A stretch of 64,000 nucleotides of DNA from positions 128,245 through 192,244 of the forward strand of contig JAWKNY010000002.1 in the NCBI GenBank assembly GCA_041391485.1, read 5' to 3'. A program made the translations under genes and the position numbers. This document shows positions 31,157 through 40,010 of this stretch, piece by piece. Under the pieces are notes generated by a model that was given only the letters and a program-made list of their open reading frames with translations, did no database searches and was not told where the DNA came from. Within the stretch, counting starts at the first letter, position 1. The number at the start of each line of letters is the position of its first letter. The stretch is from Bdellovibrionota bacterium. Its GTDB lineage: Bacteria; Bdellovibrionota; FAC87; UBA2466; JACKAF01.

Positions 31157-33151
31157 TTAGCCTGCCTTAAGGAGCTTGTAGCACTCATTCAACTGTCGCG
31201 CGTGCTCTGCGGGCTCTAAACCTAAACCAAAATCCGTGGTGACCGTCAGGCCTTGGACAGTGCGGGCGCAGGTTTCCCAGTCTCCCGGTGCGGTGTGCTT
31301 GCTGATTTCATGAACAAAGTTTCCAGCAAAACGCTTCTTCAGGTAGCTCGAATACGTACCTTTGGACACAATCACCGGCTTGCCGTGGGAGAGAGCAAGA
31401 AATGGGATGCCTGAATTGGTAATGCGGTCATGGAGCACGGTAAGAGCGTCACATTGATCCACCAAATAAGTGACTTCCGAATCTTGTACGTAACGAAGAA
31501 TGAGGAGAAGGCGGTCCGGATACACTTTTTGCAAGTCCAGAAGTTCGTCGACGTTACAACGATCCACACCGGCCACAATCATTGACGCCGAACTCTCCTG
31601 CAAGATTCCCCGGATGCGATTTAGGGATTTGTAGGGACGTAGAAGGCCCAGGGCTAACAAGAGAGGTTCTTTTCGCGCACGAACTCTTTGAATCCACGCG
31701 TCCCAGTGCACCCGCCCGTCCAAGGCGAGCGTTTGGGGCTTTCTAGGGAAGATTGGATGGGACAGCTCCTCGGTTCGGAGCATCGCTCTAGGAAAATAGC
31801 GTCGGATATAACGGGCGTCGCGGGGATTTAGGACGAAGACCTTGTGGGCAAACCGAAAGAGAAAAGCCCTGAGGAATCGATCCAGATGGGCCGGAGGCGC
31901 TTCATGAGGCGTAATATTGTGAATCGTCCAAATGAGTCGTCTACCTCGGAGTCTTCCCGAGAGAACTCCGAACACAAAGCCCGCTAGCCGCCAAAAGGGA
32001 TGGGGCCCGCCGATTGCATGTTCGTACCACTGGACATGCAGAATATCGTATTGACCCGCGACGGAACGAGAACTGGAAATCTTGGTGCAGTCAGGTAGGT
32101 TTCCTTCTAAAACGGTAGGGTAGGCAGATTTGTTGTACTTCGGGTAAAGATGGACCCTACGCTTGGGTCTTAGGATCTTGGCTCGCGTCCTAGGAAACAG
32201 CGCAAGCCCCGCAAGGTGCCTTAGCGTGTAAGGTCGAACCCCCGGATGAGTCACCGCATAGAAGACCAGTCGAACAATACCCCAAGGAAGTTCCGCAAAA
32301 GCCGCCGCCTTTTTGTAGTCGAACCGACCATAGCCAAAATTGCCCAAAGCCGTCCCAAAGAAACGGTTCAATAGATAGCGTTGTAGGTGACCGAGTTTTT
32401 CGTATCTCGGGCCAAAGTTGTTCGCCTTTCTTGCAGCACTTGCTGGCGACCCACCCTTTCCTATTCTTGAATGTGTGTCGGGAAAGTTTCCATCTAAAAG
32501 CCCTGCTTCAAAAGGTAGGTCGAGAAACTTGCAAATGCGCTCCAACTCTTGGCCGGGGCTCTGGCAAAGACTTTCGTAGGAGACCACGAGAACGGAATCC
32601 GGAATACTCTTTGCGTAGAGACTCATCTCGTTGTTCATCCGCACCCACTCCTGTAGGGCTAAGTGGGCACTGAGCAACTTTGAACTCTCGTGATCTTCGA
32701 CAAGGCTCGTTCTTCGGTGACTCCCCTCAGCGACGTCTCGACCGTCCCGTATAAAGTGGATAATCTTCTGCCGCGGCAGAACCTTCATCAACGCTTCAAA
32801 GCCACTCTTACTCTCGGGAGCGTGGAGAATCAGGAAGTCTTTCTCCTGGTTCGCCAAATACTGCTTAAAAACGTGTGTGAGCAACTGCTGGACTTCGGCG
32901 CACAGGAAGTCGTCGTTCACGCCGGCTAAGCTTCCGCCGGGCCCTTGCGCACTCTGCAAAAAATCCAGAAACGCCCCCAAAGAATGACGGCTTTCCGCAT
33001 CGTAGATCCACGGTGTTTGAGGCGCTGTTGCGATCTTGGAATGACGGGACAGCAGATCACACAGGATCGCTGACCCACTTCCGGGAGCAGAAAAAATAGT
33101 CGCAATGCGGCACAGACTCGGCATACTCTCGACATTCCATCGGAATTCCAA
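31157..33151 (-). CDS. fusion protein: N-terminal sulfotransferase domain plus C-terminal GT4-like glycosyltransferase domain
   Basis: 664-aa uninterrupted ORF. PAPS-binding-like motifs FSAPGSGSAIL (5'-PSB) and IHFIRDGRDVAEGS (3'-PB). The second half resembles GT-B/GT4 (RLIWTIHNITPHE ... GIPFLALSHGKPVIVS). Confidence 0.7.
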   Translation of the reverse strand: MEFRWNVESMPSLCRIATIFSAPGSGSAILCDLLSRHSKIATAPQTPWIYDAESRHSLGAFLDFLQSAQGPGGSLAGVNDDFLCAEVQQLLTHVFKQYLANQEKDFLILHAPESKSGFEALMKVLPRQKIIHFIRDGRDVAEGSHRRTSLVEDHESSKLLSAHLALQEWVRMNNEMSLYAKSIPDSVLVVSYESLCQSPGQELERICKFLDLPFEAGLLDGNFPDTHSRIGKGGSPASAARKANNFGPRYEKLGHLQRYLLNRFFGTALGNFGYGRFDYKKAAAFAELPWGIVRLVFYAVTHPGVRPYTLRHLAGLALFPRTRAKILRPKRRVHLYPKYNKSAYPTVLEGNLPDCTKISSSRSVAGQYDILHVQWYEHAIGGPHPFWRLAGFVFGVLSGRLRGRRLIWTIHNITPHEAPPAHLDRFLRAFLFRFAHKVFVLNPRDARYIRRYFPRAMLRTEELSHPIFPRKPQTLALDGRVHWDAWIQRVRARKEPLLLALGLLRPYKSLNRIRGILQESSASMIVAGVDRCNVDELLDLQKVYPDRLLLILRYVQDSEVTYLVDQCDALTVLHDRITNSGIPFLALSHGKPVIVSKGTYSSYLKKRFAGNFVHEISKHTAPGDWETCARTVQGLTVTTDFGLGLEPAEHARQLNECYKLLKAG

Positions 33152-33297
33152 GAGCCCCCCTTGAAGTTCAATTACCTACACGCGCATGCGGTTTGGCGGC
33201 ACGCGTTAAGGCGCCGCGAGCAATACTAAATCTCGTCTCCGCGGCGCTACGACTTGCCAGTGATCGGAGGGGGAGTAGAATCTAAAAAACTCGGGGA

Positions 33298-34476
33298 ATG
33301 AGAATGAACACGATGCGTCTCGCAGGGCTACTAATCCTTTGGATACTTGTTTTCCCGGTTCTTGGCGGGGCTGAAGAAAACACCGCACCTCCCCAAAGCC
33401 AGTCGGAGGCACCCGCCGCAGAAAGCACAGACGTCCCGCCAGCTCGGACAGCTGCTAACTCCCCGTGGACATTAACCGGTGCTATTTTCAAAGATCAACA
33501 GACGCCACCTTTCTCGCTCGGAGCCTGGCTTCAAGTCGGGTACACGACCCGGTCCGACGGCGTCTTTGACACGCACCCCGGTTATATCGACTTGCAGCAA
33601 GCTTGGGTTTTCCTGGAAAGAAAGGCAGACGGGCGAAACGGCGTGGATTTTGGCGGACGAGTAGACTTTGTTTACGGCACCGACGCGCAGAACATATAGT
33701 CTTTTGGTAATCCGCCAGGTCGCTTTGATTTCATGACTGGTTGGAGCAACGGAGTTTACGGGGCGGCCCTCCCCCAACTCTATCTCGAAGTCGCGCACCG
33801 GGATTTAAGTGTGAAACTCGGCCACTTTTTTACACTCCTTGGTTACCAGGTAGTTCCCGCCACCGGAAACTTCTTCTACAGTCAGCCCTTCACCTTTAAT
33901 TTTGGGGAGGCGTTTACTCACACAGGCGCTTTGGCAACGTACGCGGCAAGTGAGCGTGTTGAGGTCTACGCAGGTTACACCCTTGGTTGGGATACCGGAT
34001 TCGCCCAACTCAACGGAGGATCGAACTTCCTGGGAGGGGCAAAAGCTCAGCTCTCCGATCAGTTGAGCCTCACCTACATCACCACTTGGGGGAACCTGGG
34101 TTGGATTGGGTCCGGCTATTCGCACAGCCTAGTTGCCGATTGGCAAATCAATGAGAACTGGGAGTACGTTTTACAGACGGACCTCGACTCCACCACTTAC
34201 ACTGGCTACGGCGGCACGGGCTACAACGCCATCGGAATCAACCAGTATCTTTACCATACTCTAAACGCGCAATTTAAAGCCGGCGGCCGCTTTGAATGGT
34301 GGAGGGCAAATAGTGTTTCTCACTTTGCATTCACAGCGGGACTCAATTGGTTGCCCATCCCGAACGTACGGCTGCGGCCCGAATTGCGGTACCAGTGGAT
34401 CGCCGGAAGTTCCAACCCTATAGGGATTCCTAACAATACCTGGATACTCGGAATTGACGGCATCGTAAGCATCTAG
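33298..34476 (+). pseudogene. BBP7-type outer-membrane beta-barrel porin with an in-frame TAG (33697-33699)
   Basis: ORFs 33298-33699 and 33733-34476 share one frame. Signal peptide present. YGTDAQNI*SFGN...ALPQLYLEVAHRDLSVKLGHFFTLLGYQVVPATGNFFYS...FTHTGALATY is continuous across the stop. Confidence 0.65.
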
Positions 34477-34568
34477 GACTACGCCTCGGTATAGCCGCAA
34501 GAGACAGCGCAGGACTTGCCAGCCATCTGCTGCTGCGTGTAATCAAAAAGAAACCCCGGAGAAAATAG

Positions 34569-35591
34569 ATGGGTACTGAAACCCCTTTGGAAATCCTTGT
34601 CATAGGTGCCGGTCCAGCAGGGCTTAGCGTTGCTGCAGAGGCCGCGTACCACGGTTTTAAATCCATCTTGGTTCTCGAAAAAGGATCGGACCACAATCAA
34701 ACCGTACGGCAGTACTACCCCGAGGCCAAGCGCGTGGACGCAGAATACAAGGGGCAGGAGGCCGTCTGTGCGGGAGTTTTCTGTTTTAGAGATACGACAA
34801 AGCAAGGTTTCCTCGAGCACATCGACCGGTTGATGCGATCGTATGAGTTCACGGTAGCGTACGACGTGAACGTAGACTCGATCAAAAAGCGCCGCGACGG
34901 GGTCTTCTCAGTGACCGGCTCTGATGGAAAAGAATACCTGGCCCAGCACGTGGTTGTGGGCGTAGGGAGAATGGGTAAACCAAACCGGCCCGATTTTTTT
35001 TCACAGATTCCAGCAAGTGTACGCAAGGAAGTAAGATTTGACGTTCAAAACCTCAATCCGGAAGGGAAACGGGTTTTAGTAGTCGGGGGTGGCAATACCG
35101 CCGTAGAGTTCGCTCTTAGTTTAGCCCCTAAAGCAGAAGTCAGTCTCTCCTACAGAAAAAATGAGTTCACTCGCCTCAATCCCATGAACAAACAGCTCCT
35201 CGAGGAAGATGAACAAAAAGGGCTCATGAAAGTCTTGAGAGGTACTAACGTTACTGCGGTTCAGGAAAAAAATGGCAAGCCGCTCGCTATCTTTGCGGAG
35301 CGGGAAGAAATGGAGTTTGACCACATCATATTCGCTATTGGCGGAAGCAGCCCAGCGGCCTTCTTGCAGAATGCGGGCATTGAGCTCGACGAACGCAAGA
35401 ACCCAAAGCTTAACGAGTGGCTTGAGACAAACGTCGGAAATCTATTCGTAGCGGGTGAGTTGTCCGTCCCCCAAGGCAAAGGCTCTATAATTGTAAGCTT
35501 CAACTCCGGTGAAACGGTGGTTGAGGGCATCATGCGCAAGCTCGGTCGGGAGCGAAAGCCCGAAATCGTCAGCTTTGTGCCACTTCCCTAG
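34569..35591 (+). CDS. FAD/NAD(P)-dependent oxidoreductase, thioredoxin-reductase-like (YpdA-type)
   Basis: 340-aa ORF with two dinucleotide motifs: ILVIGAGPAGLSVA and VLVVGGGNTAVEFA. Confidence 0.8.
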   Translation: MGTETPLEILVIGAGPAGLSVAAEAAYHGFKSILVLEKGSDHNQTVRQYYPEAKRVDAEYKGQEAVCAGVFCFRDTTKQGFLEHIDRLMRSYEFTVAYDVNVDSIKKRRDGVFSVTGSDGKEYLAQHVVVGVGRMGKPNRPDFFSQIPASVRKEVRFDVQNLNPEGKRVLVVGGGNTAVEFALSLAPKAEVSLSYRKNEFTRLNPMNKQLLEEDEQKGLMKVLRGTNVTAVQEKNGKPLAIFAEREEMEFDHIIFAIGGSSPAAFLQNAGIELDERKNPKLNEWLETNVGNLFVAGELSVPQGKGSIIVSFNSGETVVEGIMRKLGRERKPEIVSFVPLP

Positions 35592-36335
35592 AGAGTTTTC
35601 TTTGACTGATTTGTAGAATACGAAGATTCCGACGAAGATAAGAAATACAGAGAAACCTTTCTTTAGGGCGTCATGAGAAACACGCTGCCCCACCGCGCCG
35701 CCTACAAAAATCCCGATAAGCGTTAGCCCCGCAAAACCCCCGACAAATAGCCAGGGGATGGAAAGCGTTCCCGAATAACCGACAACGCCTGCCACCGAAT
35801 TCATTGCGATAATCGCGAGAGAAGTTCCAACGGCGGCCTTCATGGGTAGGCCAGCTAGAAGTACCAACGTAGGAACCAGTACAAACCCTCCGCCGACCCC
35901 AACCAGCCCCGTAAAAACACCGACCGATACCCCGAGCAGGGCAAGCGTGACAGGACTCTCGGCTCCCTTTTCCTTGGCGGGGCGATCCGCGAACATTAAA
36001 ACTGCAGCGACAAGCATGGTTACCGAAAAGAGGATCAATTGAAACGCGCCACTGAGATAAGGAGAGAGGAAGCGGGAACTCAGAAAGGCGCCCAACATGG
36101 AAAAGCCACCAAAAAAGAATCCCGTCTTAATTCGTACATTCCCTAGTCGCCAGTGCTGCACGCTTCCGGCGAAAGCCGCGACTCCAACCACAGCAAGGCT
36201 CATCGCAATAGCGTCCTTGGGTGAATAATCAAAGGCATAGACCAGCACGGGCACGGTGAGAATCGATCCGCCTCCACCAATCATTCCCAACGAAAGTCCA
36301 ATGACAACGGCAGCTATGTATCCGAACACATGCAT
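35442..36335 (-). CDS. TauE/SafE family sulfite/anion exporter
   Basis: Start at ATG 36335 (TAATG overlap with the upstream stop). GMIGGGGSILTVPVLVY and repeated Gly-rich helices. The last 50 or so codons run antisense through the 3' end of 34569-35591. Confidence 0.8.
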   Translation of the reverse strand: MHVFGYIAAVVIGLSLGMIGGGGSILTVPVLVYAFDYSPKDAIAMSLAVVGVAAFAGSVQHWRLGNVRIKTGFFFGGFSMLGAFLSSRFLSPYLSGAFQLILFSVTMLVAAVLMFADRPAKEKGAESPVTLALLGVSVGVFTGLVGVGGGFVLVPTLVLLAGLPMKAAVGTSLAIIAMNSVAGVVGYSGTLSIPWLFVGGFAGLTLIGIFVGGAVGQRVSHDALKKGFSVFLIFVGIFVFYKSVKENSLGKWHKADDFGLSLPTELAHDALNHRFTGVEAYNYRAFALGDGQLTRYE

Positions 36336-36856
36336 TAATGATCCCGGTTCCAAGGCATCACTTGCAATACTTTCGCAAGTCCGCAAAAGCCGCTTAGTCC
36401 CGCAAAAGTCAAACCTGCACCCACAGCGGCCGGCAAAACCCACCAGGCGGGGCTCACGAAGTGAGAAAGGAGCGTGCCAGACAGCACCAAGCTTCCCGCC
36501 GTGAAGAGAACTTGCCGCTGAATGGAGAGGCTGGATTTCTTTCCCTTTGAGGTGGGCAAACCGGCGCGTTTCCAAGCCGAAAAACCACCGTCGACTTCAT
36601 AAATGTCCTTGAATCCGTGTGATTCCAAAAGCTCACGCGCCTTTGCCGATCGCATGCCACTTTGGCAGCTCAACAAAATGGGCCCGTTCTTTGGAAACTC
36701 ATCAAGACGTTTATTAATTTCCGGAAGCGGAATACATTTAGAGGCCGGAATGAAACCGGCCTTGAATTCATCTTCGCTTCTTACGTCCACAAAACAGACC
36801 TCACCTTCGCGAGAATCCAGATAGTTTTTTGCCTGCTGAGAGGATAGTTTTGACAT
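36335..36856 (-). CDS. rhodanese domain protein with C-terminal DUF2892 (YgaP-like) membrane domain
   Basis: Active-site loop SCQSGMRSAKA (CxxGxR[ST]). The C-terminal two-helix segment ends in GFCGLAKVLQVMPWN. Start is ATG 36856 with AGGA upstream. Confidence 0.85.
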   Translation of the reverse strand: MSKLSSQQAKNYLDSREGEVCFVDVRSEDEFKAGFIPASKCIPLPEINKRLDEFPKNGPILLSCQSGMRSAKARELLESHGFKDIYEVDGGFSAWKRAGLPTSKGKKSSLSIQRQVLFTAGSLVLSGTLLSHFVSPAWWVLPAAVGAGLTFAGLSGFCGLAKVLQVMPWNRDH

Positions 36857-36858
36857 TC

Positions 36859-37565
36859 CTAAGCTCCTTGTAGTTGCCCGCAATTCATATTTGCGGGAAC
36901 AGAAATTTTTATTTTCTTTGGATCCGCCAAATCTAACGCATCCATAATTTTCACAAACTCCTGTAGCGTCTGACCAACCGGAATCCTCGCATTGAACTGC
37001 ATCTCTTCTCCGATACTACTAGCCGTCTGACCGCGGTAATCATGCGCGGGGTATACTTTTGTGCTCTTAGGAAGTTTGTAGAGCTTCTCCATGATGCTAT
37101 GAAAAGCTTCTCGGAAGAACCTTGCTGAAAATCCGTTCTTCCGTTTCCCCGAATGAGGAGCGCATCCCCAGTAAAAACCATCCCTTCAACATAATAGCTT
37201 GTACAACCGTCGGTATGACCCGGTGTCGACAAGGCTCTCAACGAAAAGGGGCCAAAAGAGACGGTTTCCCCGTCCGCGATGTTGACGCTCGCGCAATCCA
37301 CCTTAGCGCCCGCGCCAACCACGGTTTTCGCTCCCGTCAGTTCGCGAATCTTGCCCGCTCCTGTGACGTGGTCAGCGTGCACATGCGTATCCAACGCATA
37401 CTTTAGTTTGAACCCCAACTGTTCCACCAACTTGAGATCCCGCTCCACGTTTTCTAATACAGTGTCTATCAGAACCGCTTCGCGACTTTCCGTATCCGCC
37501 AGCAAGTAGGTATAAGTGAACGATTCGGCGTCGAAGAGTTGCCGAAAAAACAGTTTGTCATTCAC
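36859..37565 (-). pseudogene. persulfide dioxygenase (ETHE1-like MBL-fold), frame broken once (ORFs 36951-37565 and 36859-37092)
   Basis: THVHADH, PGHTDG and FTGDALLIRGNGRTDFQQGSSEKLF, then in the other frame HSIMEKLYKLPKSTKVYPAHDY. The junction is at 37099-37106 (TTTT run). Confidence 0.85.
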
Positions 37566-37687
37566 GATGGGCCTCCTTTCGTTTCTTACGCCCTAAGCTC
37601 TACTTTCATTTAATCAAGGAATGCGCCTAAGAAACATGACGGAGGTCATATTGAGGGTCGATTTTAAGTGGCTGTTATGACAAGATT

Positions 37688-38335
37688 TTAATGCGGCGAG
37701 GCGCATTCCAACAGGGCTTCTCGTTGGACAATGTCGATCTTTCGCCCCTTCTGGCGGATGAGTCCTTCTGCCTCAAAGGCAGCGAGCGTCCGGATGACCG
37801 TCTCGGTCGTCGTCCCACAAAAGTCCGCAATCTCACGCCGAGTCCAAGAGTGCGCCGGGTGCACGGCCTTGAGATAGAGTAGTCCATCGGCAACTCGTTC
37901 ACTTACTTGCCGATCCGTCAGGAAGCCCAACCACAGCTCGGCGCGCCCCAGTTCTTTTGCAAGTTTCTCCGCGATCCCCAACGGAAACTCAGGATACTTT
38001 TTGCAAAGTGATAGGACATCCGCTTTAGGAAACAGCCTGCACTCAACAGGATCCAGCGCCAAGGAGTTTGCGTGGTAAGTCTCTCCGGCAAACAGGGAAC
38101 GGTGACCAAAGTACTGGCCAGCTTTAAAGAGTCGCACCAGGCGCTCCCGCCCGGAGTTGGACACGGTCACCAAACCTACGAGGCCTTTTTCCAAGCAATA
38201 AATTCCGGCAGGCTCATCCCCGTTGCGGTAGAGGTAGTCACCTTTTTTGAACTGCTTTCGTACGCTACATTTCTCCAACTGCTCCATAATTTCAGGAGAA
38301 ACTCCGCTACAGAGCGTGGGTGCATTCTTTTCCAT
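37688..38335 (-). CDS. Crp/Fnr family transcriptional regulator
   Basis: cNMP-binding-like beta-roll (GDYLYRNGDEPAGIYCLEKGLVGLV) and a C-terminal HTH (TRREIADFCGTTTETVIRTL). Start is probably ATG 38335 (MEKNAPT); the track start TTG 38371 is also possible. Confidence 0.8.
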   Translation of the reverse strand: MEKNAPTLCSGVSPEIMEQLEKCSVRKQFKKGDYLYRNGDEPAGIYCLEKGLVGLVTVSNSGRERLVRLFKAGQYFGHRSLFAGETYHANSLALDPVECRLFPKADVLSLCKKYPEFPLGIAEKLAKELGRAELWLGFLTDRQVSERVADGLLYLKAVHPAHSWTRREIADFCGTTTETVIRTLAAFEAEGLIRQKGRKIDIVQREALLECASPH

Positions 38336-38433
38336 ATTCAAAGCGTAGCATTCCCAACGTCTAAGCGACAACGAGATGTATGGGCTTTACGAACTCGTCC
38401 GGCTACTTTAATAGGATACTCTAGGAGACGATT

Positions 38434-38847
38434 TTGCGAAGTTTTACCTATCTATTACTGGGTTTCATCCTGGCCGGCTGTGCTGCGCCGGCGAGTCTAG
38501 AAAACACTTCAGTTCCCGTGCATGGGAAGTTAAAGCTAACGGACTCGGACATCGCAAAACTGGAACTGGCGAGCGAACCCTCATCCAAAAAACAGAGTGT
38601 GACGCTATCTCACTTGGGCACCTATAGTTGCCATTTGGGGAAGTGTGAGAGCCAAAGTGATAGCCGGAACGGCCACAACGTGAAGGTGTCATTTGATCAC
38701 CCTTCGATCGTGGCCTTCAAACAGCTTCAAGAGAAGGCCCGGAGCACGGGAAAGACAGCAACCGAAACGGGAGAGGCAACGGAAGTTACCTGCTCCGCGA
38801 AAGAGTGCCTGCTGACTTTTATCGCCCCGGCCCAAATCCAAGAATAA
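38434..38847 (+). CDS. hypothetical lipoprotein
   Basis: 137-aa ORF with lipobox LLGFILAGC. No family recognised. Confidence 0.5.
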   Translation: MRSFTYLLLGFILAGCAAPASLENTSVPVHGKLKLTDSDIAKLELASEPSSKKQSVTLSHLGTYSCHLGKCESQSDSRNGHNVKVSFDHPSIVAFKQLQEKARSTGKTATETGEATEVTCSAKECLLTFIAPAQIQE

Positions 38848-38972
38848 GACGCGCGCCTCAGAAAAATAAATGACGCTATATGTCATCCTTTATTTCATGG
38901 CAGCTTTGGGTTTTAGAACCTGAGCCGTTTGACAAGGTGTCGTGACTCCGCTTTCGTCAAAGAGGGGGGAGT

Positions 38973-40010
38973 ATGAGACAACTAGCTTCTATTTTATTTG
39001 CCGCCGTTTTTTCCGTAACCAGTCTAAGCCAAGCAGCCGCGTGCTTTGGCTACCAGAGTACACAAGGTCCTTGCGTGAAGGGCGCGACCGTCGTTGAACG
39101 AGACGATCGCTTCTACGTTTTCGGACACAGCAAATGCCAAAGCGGCACCCGCCTCCCCGGTTCTTTTGCGCCGGTAGAAAGCCAATGTGAGGCCATCCAA
39201 TATGCAGCGGTATATGATGCGGACAGAAAGTTTATTGCCACCCTTCCGAAAGCGAACGCACCCTCTGCACGTTACAAGCCGCTTGCAGTAAATACAAAGA
39301 GTGGCATCTTTCTTTGGGGCGGGCTTATATCGGAAAAACATGGCATGCTAAGTTCCGATCGCCCCGCGAGCGGAGGTGCCTATTTTGATGTCGCAAAGAA
39401 CGAATGGCGGGAAATGAATCTCTTAGGCGCTCCACCTAATGAGTCGGCTACCTATATCATCTGGCGCGGCGCCAACACTTACTACAAAACGAACTCGGAA
39501 TTCGAACTGGGATCGGTGGGAGATACCGTAAGTGTTCGTTTTGCCCGGCGCTTTAGCAGATCGCAAACAGGCGATCCTTGTGAGTTCCAATATGATGTCG
39601 CCCTCAATCGCTGGGAAATGATCCGAGGCTGGAAGGAGACGGGCTTTACCTATACGGGAGAAGAATTAATTCTCCCCGCTCCCAGTGAGCCTGAGGCCAA
39701 GAGCTTTTACCTGGTATACGTCCCTAGCGGTTTTAAAGTCGATAAGCTCACAATAAAAGCCTCGACGGCCGAAACTTTCAATGCAGAGATCACTCTGCCC
39801 GGCGGAAAGGCCTTCACGATTAGCGCCCGCAACTCGCTGTATGGTTTTAAGTACGAAAACTTAAAATCACTCCTAGAAGAGGTCTCTGGAAAAGATGCGG
39901 GTGGCACGTGGAAAGTCAGACTCTTTAGCGCCAAAGACAGGATAAAGCTGGGAAAACCAACAATCCCTGGTTACATCGCTTTTACCCTCTACGAGCACCT
40001 GGATGACTAA
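38973..40010 (+). CDS. secreted hypothetical protein, C-terminal P-domain-like (proprotein-convertase-type) beta-sandwich
   Basis: 345-aa ORF with signal peptide and strong RBS GAGGGGGGAG. The C-terminal GGTWKVRLFSAKD...GYIAFTLYE loosely resembles P-domain motifs. This assignment is weak. Confidence 0.45.
   Translation: MRQLASILFAAVFSVTSLSQAAACFGYQSTQGPCVKGATVVERDDRFYVFGHSKCQSGTRLPGSFAPVESQCEAIQYAAVYDADRKFIATLPKANAPSARYKPLAVNTKSGIFLWGGLISEKHGMLSSDRPASGGAYFDVAKNEWREMNLLGAPPNESATYIIWRGANTYYKTNSEFELGSVGDTVSVRFARRFSRSQTGDPCEFQYDVALNRWEMIRGWKETGFTYTGEELILPAPSEPEAKSFYLVYVPSGFKVDKLTIKASTAETFNAEITLPGGKAFTISARNSLYGFKYENLKSLLEEVSGKDAGGTWKVRLFSAKDRIKLGKPTIPGYIAFTLYEHLDD

Noticed and set aside
21487-33300. 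Classical integrative island at tRNA-Gly (integrase plus a direct repeat of the tRNA 3' end)
   Set aside because: No integrase gene is present. I could not find a second copy of the tRNA 3' segment (TTCGAATCCCGTGTCCCGC) at the far boundary.
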